DNA of 64,000 nt, from contig CAUYUJ010000070.1 of NCBI GenBank assembly GCA_963575745.1, forward strand, positions 496,001 through 560,000. Direction: 5' to 3'. The position numbers were made by a program, and so were the translations under genes. The notes beneath the pieces were generated by a model. That model was given only the letters and a program-made list of their open reading frames with translations, searched no databases and was not told where the DNA came from. Within the stretch, counting starts at the first letter, position 1. Each line of letters begins with the position of its first letter. Positions 27,101 through 38,361 of the stretch are shown piece after piece. The DNA is from Prorocentrum cordatum. Lineage: Eukaryota.

Positions 27101-27928
27101 GCCGAAACCGACCGAAATCGAGAGGGCACGCAAGAAAGGTACTCAGCCAGACGAAACCAGCCGAACGCGCGACAACAAACAATCAACAGCGGGCCAAAAA
27201 CGAAGTGACAAGCGGAACGGTGTTGAAACCGAAACAAAAGATACAACTCCTCCTCCTCCTCCTTCTCCGCCTCCTCCTCCTCCTCCTTCGCCGCTTCTTC
27301 AACCTTTATCATCCGCCCCCCTCCTTTTCCCTCTCCTCCTCATCATTATGATATTCCCCGTGCTAAGTGCGCAGAGCTCTAGACTTGAGATGTCGGGGAG
27401 GACGCACGGGGCGGCCTGTAACAAGAGTTAGGGTCTCCGATGATCACCCCTCTTTAGCTCGCTGGGAGTGCGCCACTCCACTGACCCGAAGAGAACCCAC
27501 AAGAAAGACCATCGCCCGTGACAGAAGCTCCGCCGACTTCAGAAGATACCTCAAGACAGTCAGAGGTGTTTGTTCTTCGCGGTACTTCAATGCCTGCGGC
27601 TGCTGCCTGTTGATCGTTGTCAGTGTCCGCCTGCTTTGTCATAGCGTTTCTGCCTTTCTCGTTCACCTCACCCTCGGAAAGCACAAGTGGCCGACCAACC
27701 CCCACGCTTCTTTGAGACCCTGGGTTCGAGCCCAAGTGTGGGACTGGACACGAGCTGCTTGGGGCTGCCTGGGGCTGTCACAGATGGCCCGAGCCTGCTC
27801 TGGGCCTCCCGCCTGGACCCGGCTAGAATCTGCCCAATGCGTCTCGAAGCCGTTTATGGGCCCCCCATCTCGCGTGCCCTCGGGCCTGCATGGCACAATG
27901 AAGCTCCCTGGCGCTCTCCCAAGGCCGT

Positions 27929-28007
27929 TGAGGTTCCTTTCCCGTGGGTTTAAGCCATGACTGCCATCTGGGCAGTAATGGCTTAAACCCACGGGCAAGG
28001 GACCTCA
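27929..28007. repeat. Near-perfect hairpin: 37-bp arms, 5-nt loop
   Basis: tgaggttcctttcccgtgggtttaagccatgactgcc-atctg-ggcagtaatggcttaaacccacgggcaagggacctca, with 3 mismatches between the arms. Confidence 0.9.
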
Positions 28008-28147
28008 CACGCACACAGGAAAGAGACGTGAGGACGAGCACAAGCAGAAGCACAGCAAGCACACCAACGTTTTGCGAAGAAAGATAACTGAAGAAGTGCC
28101 GTCCACGCGTTCCACGATGATCCCGAAGCAGAGCCGACGTCTGGCTC

Positions 28148-28198
28148 CCTCTCGTCATGGTCGTCCGCCTCGTGGGGCTTCAGCTTGCGGAGCTCCTT
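28148..28198 (-). CDS. Candidate short host exon (KELRKLKPHEADDHDER)
   Basis: Pyrimidine-rich ...ctcctcccag acceptor, nearly all codons ending in G/C, and a possible GA donor (non-canonical donors are known in dinoflagellates). Confidence 0.4.
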
Positions 28199-28489
28199 CT
28201 GGGAGGAGATCGGGCTCGAGGGCAGAGGACCGATGCACCATGGCAAGAACTGAAGCGGAAGAGTACGGGGGAGGAGAGGAGGGAACGAAGGAAGAGGGCG
28301 GGGAGGAATGAGGGAGGCAGGAGAGAGGATCACAGAAGGGAGACGAAGAGAAACAAGATTCGCAACAATGGCGGCATGAGGCGCTCCCCTCCTCCAAAAA
28401 TACCCCCCCACTCCTTCAGAACCGGGACCTCCCCCTCCAGCGAGAACGTCCCTCCAACCACCCCCCACCCCTGGCACGCTGGCAATACA

Positions 28490-28515
28490 CAATGACGATG
28501 ACAGCGTCGACGGCA

Positions 28516-28576
<61 letters not shown>

Positions 28577-28714
28577 TGACGACGAAGACGGAGGCGATGG
28601 TGATGACGGCGACGACGACGGCGAAAACGCTGACGACGAAGCCGATGACGATAGCCAAGACGACGACGGCAACAAAACACGACGAAGACGACGACGACGA
28701 CGACGACGATGACG

Positions 28715-28750
<36 letters not shown>

Positions 28751-29780
28751 GCGACGGCGGTGACGGAAGGCGGCGGCGGCGACGGAAGGCGGGTCGAGCG
28801 GGCCCTGACGGGGGGGGCGAACCCGAACGTGCGGGTCACGGGCGGGTCGAGCCGGCGGGACGTTACACCTTACACCGGGCGGGCGGACTTGCCAGCAAGC
28901 AAACGGGCAGACGCTGCGGGTCGGGCGGGGGACGGGCGGATGGGGCGGGCGGACCCTACCGTGCGCGGGTCTGGCGGGCAGGCCCAAGCAGGCGGAGCGG
29001 CGGGCGGGACATCAAAGCAGGCGGGCGGGCTTACAAGCCAACGAGCGGGGGGGCCCCAACGGGCGGGACGTTCACGCGAACACTAACAGGCGGAACGGGC
29101 GGGCGAGACACTACTGCGAGCGAGCGGGCACGCAAGCAAGCGAACGGGCAGACCCTGACAGGCGGGTCGGGCGGACGGGGTTTTTCAGCGGGCGGGCGGG
29201 CTTGCAAGCAAGCAAACGGGCGGGCCCGAACGGCCAGGTCGAGCGGGCAGAGCCTGACGGGTCGGGCGGGCGGTCCCTGACAGACGGGGCAGACGGGATG
29301 GACATTACAGCGGATGGGCGACATTGCAAGCGATCGAGCGAGCGGACACTAACGGACGGGTCGGGCAGGCGGCCCCTAACAGGCGGACCGGGCAGGTGGG
29401 GCATTACAGCGGGCGGGCGGCCTTGCAAGCAAGCGGGCGGTTTTTAATGGGGGGGTCGGGCGGGCGGTCCCCAACGGCCGAGTCGGGCCGGCGGCCCAGC
29501 GGGCGAGACATTAACGCAGGCGGGCTTGCAGGCAAGCGAACGGGCAGGCCTTAGAGGGCGAGCTGGGCGGGCGGGCCCTAACGGCTGCGTCGGGCGAGAC
29601 AGGGAAGCGGGCGGGCGGGCTTGCAAGCGCACGAGAGCGCGGACCTCAGCGGACAATCCGGGCGGGCGGACCCTGAAGGGACGGTCGGGCGGGGGAGGAG
29701 GAGGAGGAGGAGGAGGAGGAGGAGGAGGAGGAGGAGAAGGAGGAGGAAGAGGAGGAGGAGGAGGAGGAGGAGGAGGCGGA
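28490..29780. repeat. (GAC)n tract, then a degenerate GGGC/GCAAGC-rich minisatellite, then (GGA)n
   Basis: Repeated gggcgggcgg...gcaagcaagcgaacgggc units at about 28780-29690; (gga)n at 29692-29777. Confidence 0.85.
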
Positions 29781-29814
29781 GCGTGCACCAAAGAGGTCAC
29801 CTCCATCCGCCCCG

Positions 29815-32730
29815 CTACCCGGCGGCCGGCGGGGACCGGCCTTCCTCCTCGGAGGCCTCAAGCCGCGTCCTTGACGCCGAAGAAGAGGTAGTAGCACACG
29901 GAAAGGTATTCGAAGCCCCAATGAAGTCGCAGACCATGTCGGGGGCCAGCTGGGCGTCGCCTTGCTCAGGGACGGGCGTGGGCGAGTGGCCCTCAAGACC
30001 CCTCGGTCCCGCATCGCCGCCGAGGCTGGGAGATGCGGGCCCGCCGCCCCTGAGATAGGAGGAAGACGGCGTCGAAGGCGCAGGACACGCACTGCCGCAC
30101 CTCGGAGGACGAGATGGGCGCGTTGAACACGAGCTGGGCGATCGTGTCGAGGACGCAGATGAAGATGAGGAAGACGATGACGCGGAACCACTCCTGGCCT
30201 CAACAACTGCATCTGAGAGGGCAGCTTTAGAGATGAGCCTCTGGGCAGGGCCGCGAAGTGGAAGCTTTGCTGCCAGCCTGGTAGCTTCCACAAGTTCTCT
30301 CGCCGCCACATAGTCAGAGAGCTCGATTCTCTTGTGGCTCATCAATCGGTAGTGGTGATACATCGCAATGATGCTGGCCACAGACGACCATCGGAGACCC
30401 AAACGGTGAGCAGGACAACGCGGGAGGTCGCATCGAAGCGCCAAGGCCGCAAAGTGATGACATCTCGAACAGTTGATCACATAGTGGCGCACAGTATCAG
30501 GCTGTTGAGGACAGCCATAGATGCACGGAGCAGTCCGTTGCATACGTCGGTTCGTGATCCAGCCACCAAGGTAGGTCCGCCTGCAGATCATTGCCCAAGA
30601 TTTCGGTACCTTGAAGAGCTGTTGCCGAACGTGGGCAAAATCAATGTCGGTGATTCCGTAGCGCACACGAAGACGCCGTCGCAAGAGTTCAACAAGCCGA
30701 GGCGGGAAGACAGCACGTGACAAAATGGCGGCAAAGATTGCTTGCCATTTGATCTTGGGGGGATGTGGAGCATCAGGAACAGTAGGGCGCATGAATGCCC
30801 GCACAAGAGGCCCTGGGAGAGGGTCATTCTGGAATAACTCCTGGATTGAACTCGGGATAGACGACCCCACTGATTGCCAGACCTCGCGAGCAATAAGGCC
30901 ACCGCGAGCAAGTCTTTTGTCAGACGGACAACCGTTGGCCGCACCCTCCAAGAAGCATGCGAGAGGAGCCGACTTCCAGAAATATGGAGCCAGCACGGGC
31001 GACGACCATAAATCGGCAGTACCATAAGACACCAGAAAATCCCCATGTGCCTGAAGACGGCTGCGCCAAGGAGTACACGTCACCAGTGCTATTCTCATGC
31101 GAGCCGCCGCTGCCAGAATGTACATGGAATTGAAATTAGGCCCATTCCATCCATCTAGATTGAAGCAGTCCCCCAGCCGAAGCATACTGCTGGGGGACCG
31201 TAATAAGCGTGCCACCAGATGCCTTTGCTCCTGTACAACTGCCCACTCGAGAGGTGCAAGTTGGGCAACGTAGCTCAGCACTGGGAGAGTGCGTGCACGA
31301 TGCAGTCTAGCCAGCAGTTCGACCGGAGCACCTTGGCTGCTGAGATCAACTGCACGAGTCGCATGCTTGTCCGGTGGCCCTTTCCACTGGTCAGCAATAG
31401 TCGCCGACGGGCCAATCTGAAATCCCAGATAAGCGCACTGAGATGCGAACGAGAAGCGCGCCCACATAGGGTCTGCACCAGTGAGTTGAGCACGCACCTC
31501 TGCACAAGCATCAGAGCACGAGGGATGTCGAAGAGGGATCACAATACATTTCTTGCGTTTGAGACGCAACTCGGCACATGCGGCCGCGAGCCGAAATATT
31601 CTGGCAAGCCGACGGTACGCACGATTCCTGAATATGACAGCGCCCAGGTCATCAGCACACGATCGCGTAACCCCCAAACGCGCGCCTGCACATGCCATAA
31701 AGGCTTCAATGTCAAGAATGAAGGGATTGGCAGCAATAATGTAGAGCGATCCACTGAGCGGGCAACCTTGAAGGACACCAGACTGCGTATATAATAAGAA
31801 GGACTGCGAAGCCCCAGGGTAACAGCACATAGTGCAATAGTATAAGCCTTCAAGAGCTTTGACTAGCGGCGGGGGGAGCCGAAGACGTCGAAGACACAAG
31901 AATAGCCACGACTGGCTAACTGATGGGAAAGCTTGGGCGTAGTCGAATGTCATCAAAGAGGGTGCCTGATCACGATACTGTTGAGCTAACGCACTGGCCG
32001 CGCGTGCGTAAAGGCCCAAGTCAGTGAGATTGCTGAGGAAGTTTCTATTCCTGATAAAGCCATTTTGTGATTTAGCCCCTATCGCACGTGCGACTCTGTT
32101 GAGACATTTGTTGAGGACACCACATGCCACTTTGTTGCTCGTATTCGTAAGGCCCAGAGGCCGAGTCTCAGAAGCCTTGCGAAATACACCACCTTCGCCA
32201 GGCCCATCTGGGGCTCCTTTGAGAGGCTCGGGGAGGATGACAGCGAGCACAGCCGAAAAGGCCGAGTCCATAAGGTGCCCCTGGGAGATCCATCGAAGCA
32301 CCGCTAACAGTATTCGGGGGCCCGGACCAGTATTCCATGCATCATAGCGTAGCCCATCGGGACCTGGAGCTGCCCACGACGCTTTTCCCAATACCCATGA
32401 GACATCCTCGACCATGGGGGGGTGGATCATGGAGAAGTCCCGGCAGCTCGCGAAACGCCCGACACACTGGCGACCACCATTGGGGACCACAGCAGCCTTG
32501 GAGGACACGGGGGCCCAGTACTCGTGTAGCGCATCAACATGCTGCTGCTCAGACGAGGAGGACGCAGGGGAAGCAGGAGACGATGGGCAACGATCATGCG
32601 CTTCATCAGACGCACTCTCCTTGACAATGCCCGCCAGATACTTGCGCCTCAACAAAGGGCCCCATAGCTGCGCAGACCTTGCAGCAGCGCGTTTCTGCCC
32701 GATAAGGCGAGAGCGAGTGCTCGGTGACAA
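29815..32730 (-). CDS. LINE C ORF2 reverse transcriptase plus C-terminal Cys/His knuckle
   Basis: APGPDG, RPLGLTNTSNKV, QNGFIRNR, DYAQAFPSVS, GVLQGCPLSG, CADDL, YLGF, and C-terminal CIYGC...RHYVINC. Confidence 0.93.
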   Translation of the reverse strand: MSPSTRSRLIGQKRAAARSAQLWGPLLRRKYLAGIVKESASDEAHDRCPSSPASPASSSSEQQHVDALHEYWAPVSSKAAVVPNGGRQCVGRFASCRDFSMIHPPMVEDVSWVLGKASWAAPGPDGLRYDAWNTGPGPRILLAVLRWISQGHLMDSAFSAVLAVILPEPLKGAPDGPGEGGVFRKASETRPLGLTNTSNKVACGVLNKCLNRVARAIGAKSQNGFIRNRNFLSNLTDLGLYARAASALAQQYRDQAPSLMTFDYAQAFPSVSQSWLFLCLRRLRLPPPLVKALEGLYYCTMCCYPGASQSFLLYTQSGVLQGCPLSGSLYIIAANPFILDIEAFMACAGARLGVTRSCADDLGAVIFRNRAYRRLARIFRLAAACAELRLKRKKCIVIPLRHPSCSDACAEVRAQLTGADPMWARFSFASQCAYLGFQIGPSATIADQWKGPPDKHATRAVDLSSQGAPVELLARLHRARTLPVLSYVAQLAPLEWAVVQEQRHLVARLLRSPSSMLRLGDCFNLDGWNGPNFNSMYILAAAARMRIALVTCTPWRSRLQAHGDFLVSYGTADLWSSPVLAPYFWKSAPLACFLEGAANGCPSDKRLARGGLIAREVWQSVGSSIPSSIQELFQNDPLPGPLVRAFMRPTVPDAPHPPKIKWQAIFAAILSRAVFPPRLVELLRRRLRVRYGITDIDFAHVRQQLFKVPKSWAMICRRTYLGGWITNRRMQRTAPCIYGCPQQPDTVRHYVINCSRCHHFAALALRCDLPRCPAHRLGLRWSSVASIIAMYHHYRLMSHKRIELSDYVAARELVEATRLAAKLPLRGPAQRLISKAALSDAVVEARSGSASSSSSSSSASSTRSPSSCSTRPSRPPRCGSACPAPSTPSSSYLRGGGPASPSLGGDAGPRGLEGHSPTPVPEQGDAQLAPDMVCDFIGASNTFPCATTSSSASRTRLEASEEEGRSPPAAG

Positions 32731-32899
32731 CGTTTTCGAGAGAGCATTTCCACTTATTTGCGACGGGCGGCGGCTTCTTGTCTCTGAAGATGGGCACGCA
32801 TATCACTGAGCCCATCAGGGTCCAACAAGGATACACTGGAGTCCCGGGCGATACAATGTTTCTGAACCCACGGGAACTGAAACCGAAGAACACCAGCTA

Positions 32900-34060
32900 A
32901 TTCATAATCCTGTCTCCGCACGCAACGAGCGAGCGAACGTGCCACCAAAGCCCGAGACGTGAGCGAGGAGGGCGAAGAGCGCAGGAGTGCGTCACGAACC
33001 ATAGCACCAGCAGGCTGCCTGACACGAGTAGCCATCGCCAACATCCTGGGAGGGTCACGCTCGAAGGACGCGATGTCAACAATCCCTTCTCACTCACGAA
33101 CAGCACTATCATAAAGTTCACCCGGGTAAACCCACTTCGGAGGAGGCCGCTGGCGGGCCAACTCATCAGATCAGGGGCCCCAAGAGACCACCAGGGGAGC
33201 ATGGTCAGAAAGGCCTTCCCGAAATAATTCCCGAGGTCACCTAAGACACGAGCGGACTGGAAAGACTGACAGAAGACCCGCGGTGGAGATGCGGCGAAAC
33301 ATCGATCAATTTTGCTCGCTGACTGCGCACCCTCGTGCCAGTGCGAGGGCGCGTCCGATGCCGGCTCTGTCAACATCCTGAAGATCCTTCGCCAGATGCT
33401 GTCCCCAGGGCGACCTGCCCTAGTCGACGTCGCACGGGCTGAAGGACGCAAGGAGCGCGTCTTGCTGGCCGAACCTGGCGCACTTGCCCTCGAAGTAGGA
33501 CCCGATGTCATAGAAGCTCTGCCCTTGTCAGAGACTTCCTTGCGCACAAACGCAGTCGCACGCCCCCGATCCTCAGCTGGGAGATTGAAATCACCAATCA
33601 AGAGAACTGAGGACTTTGCAGGAGCACCCCTGACTTCACGAAGCTGTTCTCGGACACGCACCTGCAGTCGGAGAAGCTGTTCGCGTTCAATCCCATAGCT
33701 GTGGATATTCCGATGGCACAGTGTAAACCCACTGCGCATGCATACGATTTTGAATAGTAACACTCGCCCAGGAACCAAAACCTCAGGTGAAACTTCCACA
33801 GAGTCAACCTTGGGGACCAATGTGAGAACACCTTCAGATCTCGGTACCCCACTGTGCGAAACAAACGGGAGATGGGCGATGGCGATACGCTGGGCACTTC
33901 CCGCACTGCAGCTTCATCACCGTGAACTTCTTGAACAACAACCAGTGAGCCAGCCTGAGTGACCCTCCTGAGCATCACAAGCCTCTTGGACATCTTCTTG
34001 GAGTTGAAGCGGGGGAGCGAATTCGATTTCCATGATGCGAGTGTAAGTTGGGCAGTGCCA
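32900..34060 (-). pseudogene. LINE C APE endonuclease domain (frameshifted)
   Basis: LTLASWKSNS...VVQEVHG (33598..34188); LLIGDFN and KIDRCF (32897..33820); an SDH motif near 33205 in a shifted frame. Confidence 0.88.
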
Positions 34061-35426
34061 AATATTTTGCTTCCCACTCCACTGAACTTCGCGATCGGAG
34101 AAGGCCCCACGCGCCAGCGAGGTAGCTGCTTCATCGCTGAGGCCGGCGCCCGCGGGAGCAGCAATATTCCATTCCACCCGAGGAACACGGGAAGATGAGC
34201 TCGGTGTTACCTTGGCCAACGGTTCCCACTCGGAAAGGAGCTGGCCGCCATCGCGATCAATGAAGGTTGCGACTCCGAATTCATCTGAAATAGCTCGGCC
34301 AAGCTTCTTGCACGCCATCTCCGCGGCGACTTCCTTCCGATTCTTGTCGGCCGATACGTACAAAGGGATGTTCTTAGTGACCAATTGGATGTGGAATGAC
34401 CTCCACTGCCCCGAAGGGAGACGTAGTGCCGCTTGAGCCTGATTGCGTCGATTCTCACGCGTAGCAGAATGCGGGCCCTGAAAGACAGGGACGAACTGCT
34501 TCGCGAACTCATCGCCTTGCAACTGCACCTCCTCGCCAATGGAGAAGTTGGCAGATTGAAGCCACTGCTTGATGGCCCCTTCGACATTCTTCCGAGGAAC
34601 AGGTTCTGGGGCACGAACATTCATGATCGTCGGGTCAACTTCCCTGGCCCAGTCGGCGGAGGGAATAGGAATGTCGCAAGGTTTGGCTTTCGCCAAGTCG
34701 AGCTCCCGCTCAAGATGGGCGAGCCTGTCCTCCATGACTGCGAACTTTGACTCGACCGTGTTGACACGCTGGGCCTGCCTGTCGAGGTCCTGGCGAAGAA
34801 TGCGAATATACTGATTGAACTTTTCTTCATACTGGTTAAGGAGGGGCCCTGTGGCCTTGACCAATGCACATGGAAGAGTGTCGTTGAAGGTGGCCATGGC
34901 TTTCGCCGCAAACCCCATGAGCGCCTGATCCTTGAACTCCTGCAGGGAGCTCTGGGCCCACGGGTCGAGGAGGGCACCACCTTGACCATGCTCACTAGGA
35001 GGTCCCGCGGGCGTTGCACAGGGGCCACTCTCGAAGTCCATAGATTGTATTCCATCACGCCGTTCCTGTGACGGGAACGTTGCCACGCCTTGAGTGTTGC
35101 CGTCCCAGCCGTCCAACATGTGCGACACCAATGCCTTGCCCCAGATTACCAGGCACGCCTGATCGTGTACGTGGACTTTCCGAGCCTGCAGGAGGGGTGG
35201 CCACTTCGAAAACTTCAGGTGGTGCGTCACCTGGGGCAAAAGCATTCCGAGGTTGACGATGTTGCCCTTTGATGTCATCGATGGACGCAGCAGAAGACTG
35301 ATCAGACCGAGGAGAAACAATCCTACGCGGACGCCGTTCACCATCACTCTTCTTGCGGTCCCGCTTCTCCTTGGTGGAGTGCCTCACCACATGTCTGCTG
35401 CCCGAGCGCTCACCATCGGCTCCCAT
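34060..35426 (-). pseudogene. LINE C ORF1-like protein (coiled coil plus putative RRM-like region), one frameshift
   Basis: ATG at 35426, about 110 nt after the SL. ORF 33917..35347 has a heptad-rich segment (LRQDLDRQAQRVNTVESKFAVMEDRLAHLERELD) upstream of the endonuclease. Confidence 0.7.
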
Positions 35427-35535
35427 GCGGTACGGGTGAGGGAAAGGGAAAGCGGGCGGAATCTCTGCCAGGCACCAAGTGCCTTGCCTGCCGCGGACTA
35501 GCGGTATCCGTTTGTCTCCCGCGGGAAAGAGGCAC

Positions 35536-35557
35536 CTTGAGCCAAAATGACGACGGA
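35536..35557 (-). other. Genomic dinoflagellate spliced-leader (DinoSL) copy at the 5' end of LINE C
   Basis: Minus strand TCCGTCGTCATTTTGGCTCAAG versus DinoSL DCCGTAGCCATTTTGGCTCAAG: 20/22 match. Confidence 0.88.
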
Positions 35558-36133
35558 AGAAGAGGAGGAAGAGGAGGAAGAGGAGGAGGAGGAGGAGGAG
35601 GAAGAGGAGGAAGAGGAAGAGGAGGAGGGGGGGGGGGAGGAGGGAGGAGGGAGAGGGGGAGGAGAGGAGGAGGAGGAGGAAGGAGGAAGAGGAGGAGGAG
35701 GAGGGGGAGGAGGAGGAGGAGGAGGAGGAGGAGAAGGAGGAAGAGCAGGAGGAGGAAGAGGAGGAGGAGGAGGAGGAGGAGGAGGAGGAAGACCACTGTA
35801 AACCCAAGCGTCATCAACGATGTTGGAATTAACCCTCCTTCCAAGTTCCCTCTTCATTGGCCCCTACAACGGCTAATTTCAATTGAGGAAACTGCCTCGT
35901 AGGAACACAACCCTTTGGAGATCCTGAAGCATGCCAAAACAGTGTTATCGGGATTTCATCGCCACGTATCAACCTGACTGCTGCGTCTTGAAAACCAGGA
36001 ACCGTGCCGGAGCGCCATTTTTGAGACTTCAACACCGCGAATCAACATAACTGTTGCGCCCGCATAATCCTGAATCCTGCCAAAACACATGTTCTGGTAC
36101 GCTGATCATGGGAACCCGTGAAACTCTTGCAAT

Positions 36134-37000
36134 CCCACCAGCCCTTTGGGCGTGAGTGGTTTAGAGAGCCCGCTCTGTTCTCGACCCCCTTCTTCCCCTT
36201 CGGGGAGGGGTTTACCCCTCCCCCTACCCCCTCCCCCTGGGCCTGGAGAGGGCGCCTCGCGGGTGGTCAGAGGGGTCTTTTTCGACTCCTGGGAGGGCTA
36301 AAATTCGACACTTCTCACGAGGATTCTGGCCCCGACGGGGGGAGGGAGAAAAAATGCTCTCCTCATCTGTGATCGATCCCCCGACAGATGGCCCCAAGAT
36401 TCCTCCCAGACCCCTCACAGGGAGCCCCACGAGTCCCCAAGAGGCCTCCAAGAGGCCCCCACCAGCCCTTTGGGCGTGAGTGGTTTAGAGAGCCCGCTCT
36501 GTTCTCAACCCCCCTTCTTCCCCTTCGGGGAGGGGTTTACCCCTCCCCCTACCCCCTCCCCCTGGGCCTGGACAGGGCGCCCCGCGGGTCGTTGGAGGGT
36601 CTTTCTCGACTCCTGGGAGGGCTAAAATTCGACACCACTCACGAGGATTCTGGCCCCGACGGGGGGAGGGAGAAAAAATGCTCTCCTCATCTGTGATCGA
36701 TCCCCCGACAGATGGCCCCAAGACTCCTCCCAGACCCCTCACAGGGAGCCCCACGAGTCCCCAAGTGGCCTCCAAGAGGCCCCCACCAGCCCTTTGGGCG
36801 TGAGTGGTTTAGAGAGCCCGCTCTGTTCTCAACCCCCCTTCTTCCCCTTCGGGGAGGGGTTTACCCCTCCCCCTACCCCCTCCCCCTGGGCCTGGAGAGG
36901 GCGCCCCGCGGGTCGTTGGAGGGGTCTTTTTCGACTCCTGGGAGGGCTAAAATTCGGCACCCCTCACGAGGATTCTGGCCCCGACGGGGGGAGGCAGAAA
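36134..37000. repeat. 324-bp tandem repeat (units start at 36134, 36458 and 36782; partial copy about 37085-37200)
   Basis: cccaccagccctttgggcgtgagtggtttagagagcccgctctgttctc recurs with a 324-bp period. Confidence 0.93.
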
Positions 37001-37009
37001 AGTGCTCGA

Positions 37010-38166
37010 GAGAAAGCGCTCCTCGAGGTTTGAGTCGTTTGTGGTTTCTTGTCCTGGTGTGAGTCGTTCGGGCCCTTCTTCCTCCCTCCCCCTGGGCCTG
37101 GAATTGGCGTTCCGCGGGTCGTCAGGGGGGTCATGTTCGACTCCTGGGAGGGCTAAAAAACTACACCCCTCACGAGGATTCTGGCCCCGACAGGGGGAGG
37201 CCGAAAAAAATACTCTCCTCTTCTTCGAAGCCAAAAACATTGAGTTTACTACGGTTTGGGCCCCATTTTGGCCTTCGGAGGGGCCAGCGCTCATTACAGA
37301 TCCCCTCTTCTTTCAAGGCAAAATCATTGATTTTACAAAGGTTTTGGGCCCATTTTGCCCTTCTGAGGGGCCAGCGCTAATTAAAGCTCCCCTCTTCTTT
37401 GATCGATTTCCTCCAAGATGGCCCCAAGAAGCGCCCAGGAGGCACCAAGAGGCCCCAAGATGGCCCCAAGAGGCCCCCCCCCAAGAGGCCTCCAAGAGGC
37501 CCCCAAGATGCCCCCAAGAGGCCCCCAAGAGGCCCCAAGAGGCTCCCCCGAGGCACCCAAGACGCTCCTGGAAGCCCCTGGGGCCGCCAAGAAGCCCACA
37601 AGACGCCCCAAACGGCCTCCAAGAGGCCCCCAAAAGGCCCGAAGAGGCTCCCCCAAGGCACCCAAAACGCTCCTAGAAGCCCCTGGGGCCGCCAAGAGGC
37701 CCCCAAGACGCCCCAAAAGGGGACGAGGTGCCCGAACGCCTCACGCCACGAGGAGCCCGAACGACTCACACCAGGACGAGGGGCCCGAACGACTCACACC
37801 ACGAAGAGCCCGAACGACTCACACCAGAAGGAGGGGCCCGAACGACTCACACCAGGACGAGGCGCCCGAACGACTCACACCACGAGGAGCCCGAACGACT
37901 CACACCACGACGAAGGCCCCGAACGACTCACACCACGAGGAGCCCGAACGAGTCACACCAGGAGGAGGGGCCCGAACGACTCACACCAGGACGAGGGGCC
38001 CGAACAATTCAAACCACGAGAAGCCCGAACGACTCACACCAGGACGAAGAGCCCGAACGACTCACACCACGAAGAGTCCGAACGACTCACACCAGGAAGA
38101 GGGGCCCGAACGACTCACACCAGGACGAGAAACCCCAAACGACTCAAACCACGAGGAGCGTTTTCT
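37010..38166. mobile_element. Foldback/MITE-like structure with about 70-bp inverted repeats and an internal 25/28-bp minisatellite
   Basis: 37013-37082 is the reverse complement of about 38095-38164 with few mismatches. A cccgaacgactcacacca array lies at 37730-38150. Confidence 0.6.
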
Positions 38167-38361
38167 TTCCCTCCTCCTCCGCCTCCTCCTTCTCCCGCTC
38201 CCACCACAAGGAGGATGTACAAGGAGGCGGGAGGAAGGAGGAACAGGGGAGATATGCGGGGGCAGGCGGAAACACGCCTGAAAAACACGACTGTCGGCAT
38301 GCTTCGCAAGAGTTGCTGTTTTGAGCTGGGCTGGTGGGGATACGCGAAGCGTAAAGAATAT

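Larger units (their letters stand above)
29780..35557 (-). mobile_element. Near full-length LINE C (DinoSL - 5'UTR - ORF1 - APE - RT - CCHC), lightly frameshifted
   Basis: All canonical LINE parts are present in order (see the sub-features). The 5' end coincides with an SL copy. The 3' boundary is approximate. Confidence 0.9.

Noticed and set aside
35536..35557. SL copies as SL-RNA genes targeted by CRE/NeSL-type site-specific elements
   Set aside because: These LINEs encode APE rather than restriction-like endonucleases, and I saw no SL-RNA gene remainder at their 3' ends. The G-T after this copy runs into the LINE 5'UTR, and the other copy is followed by C-T. Not fully excluded.
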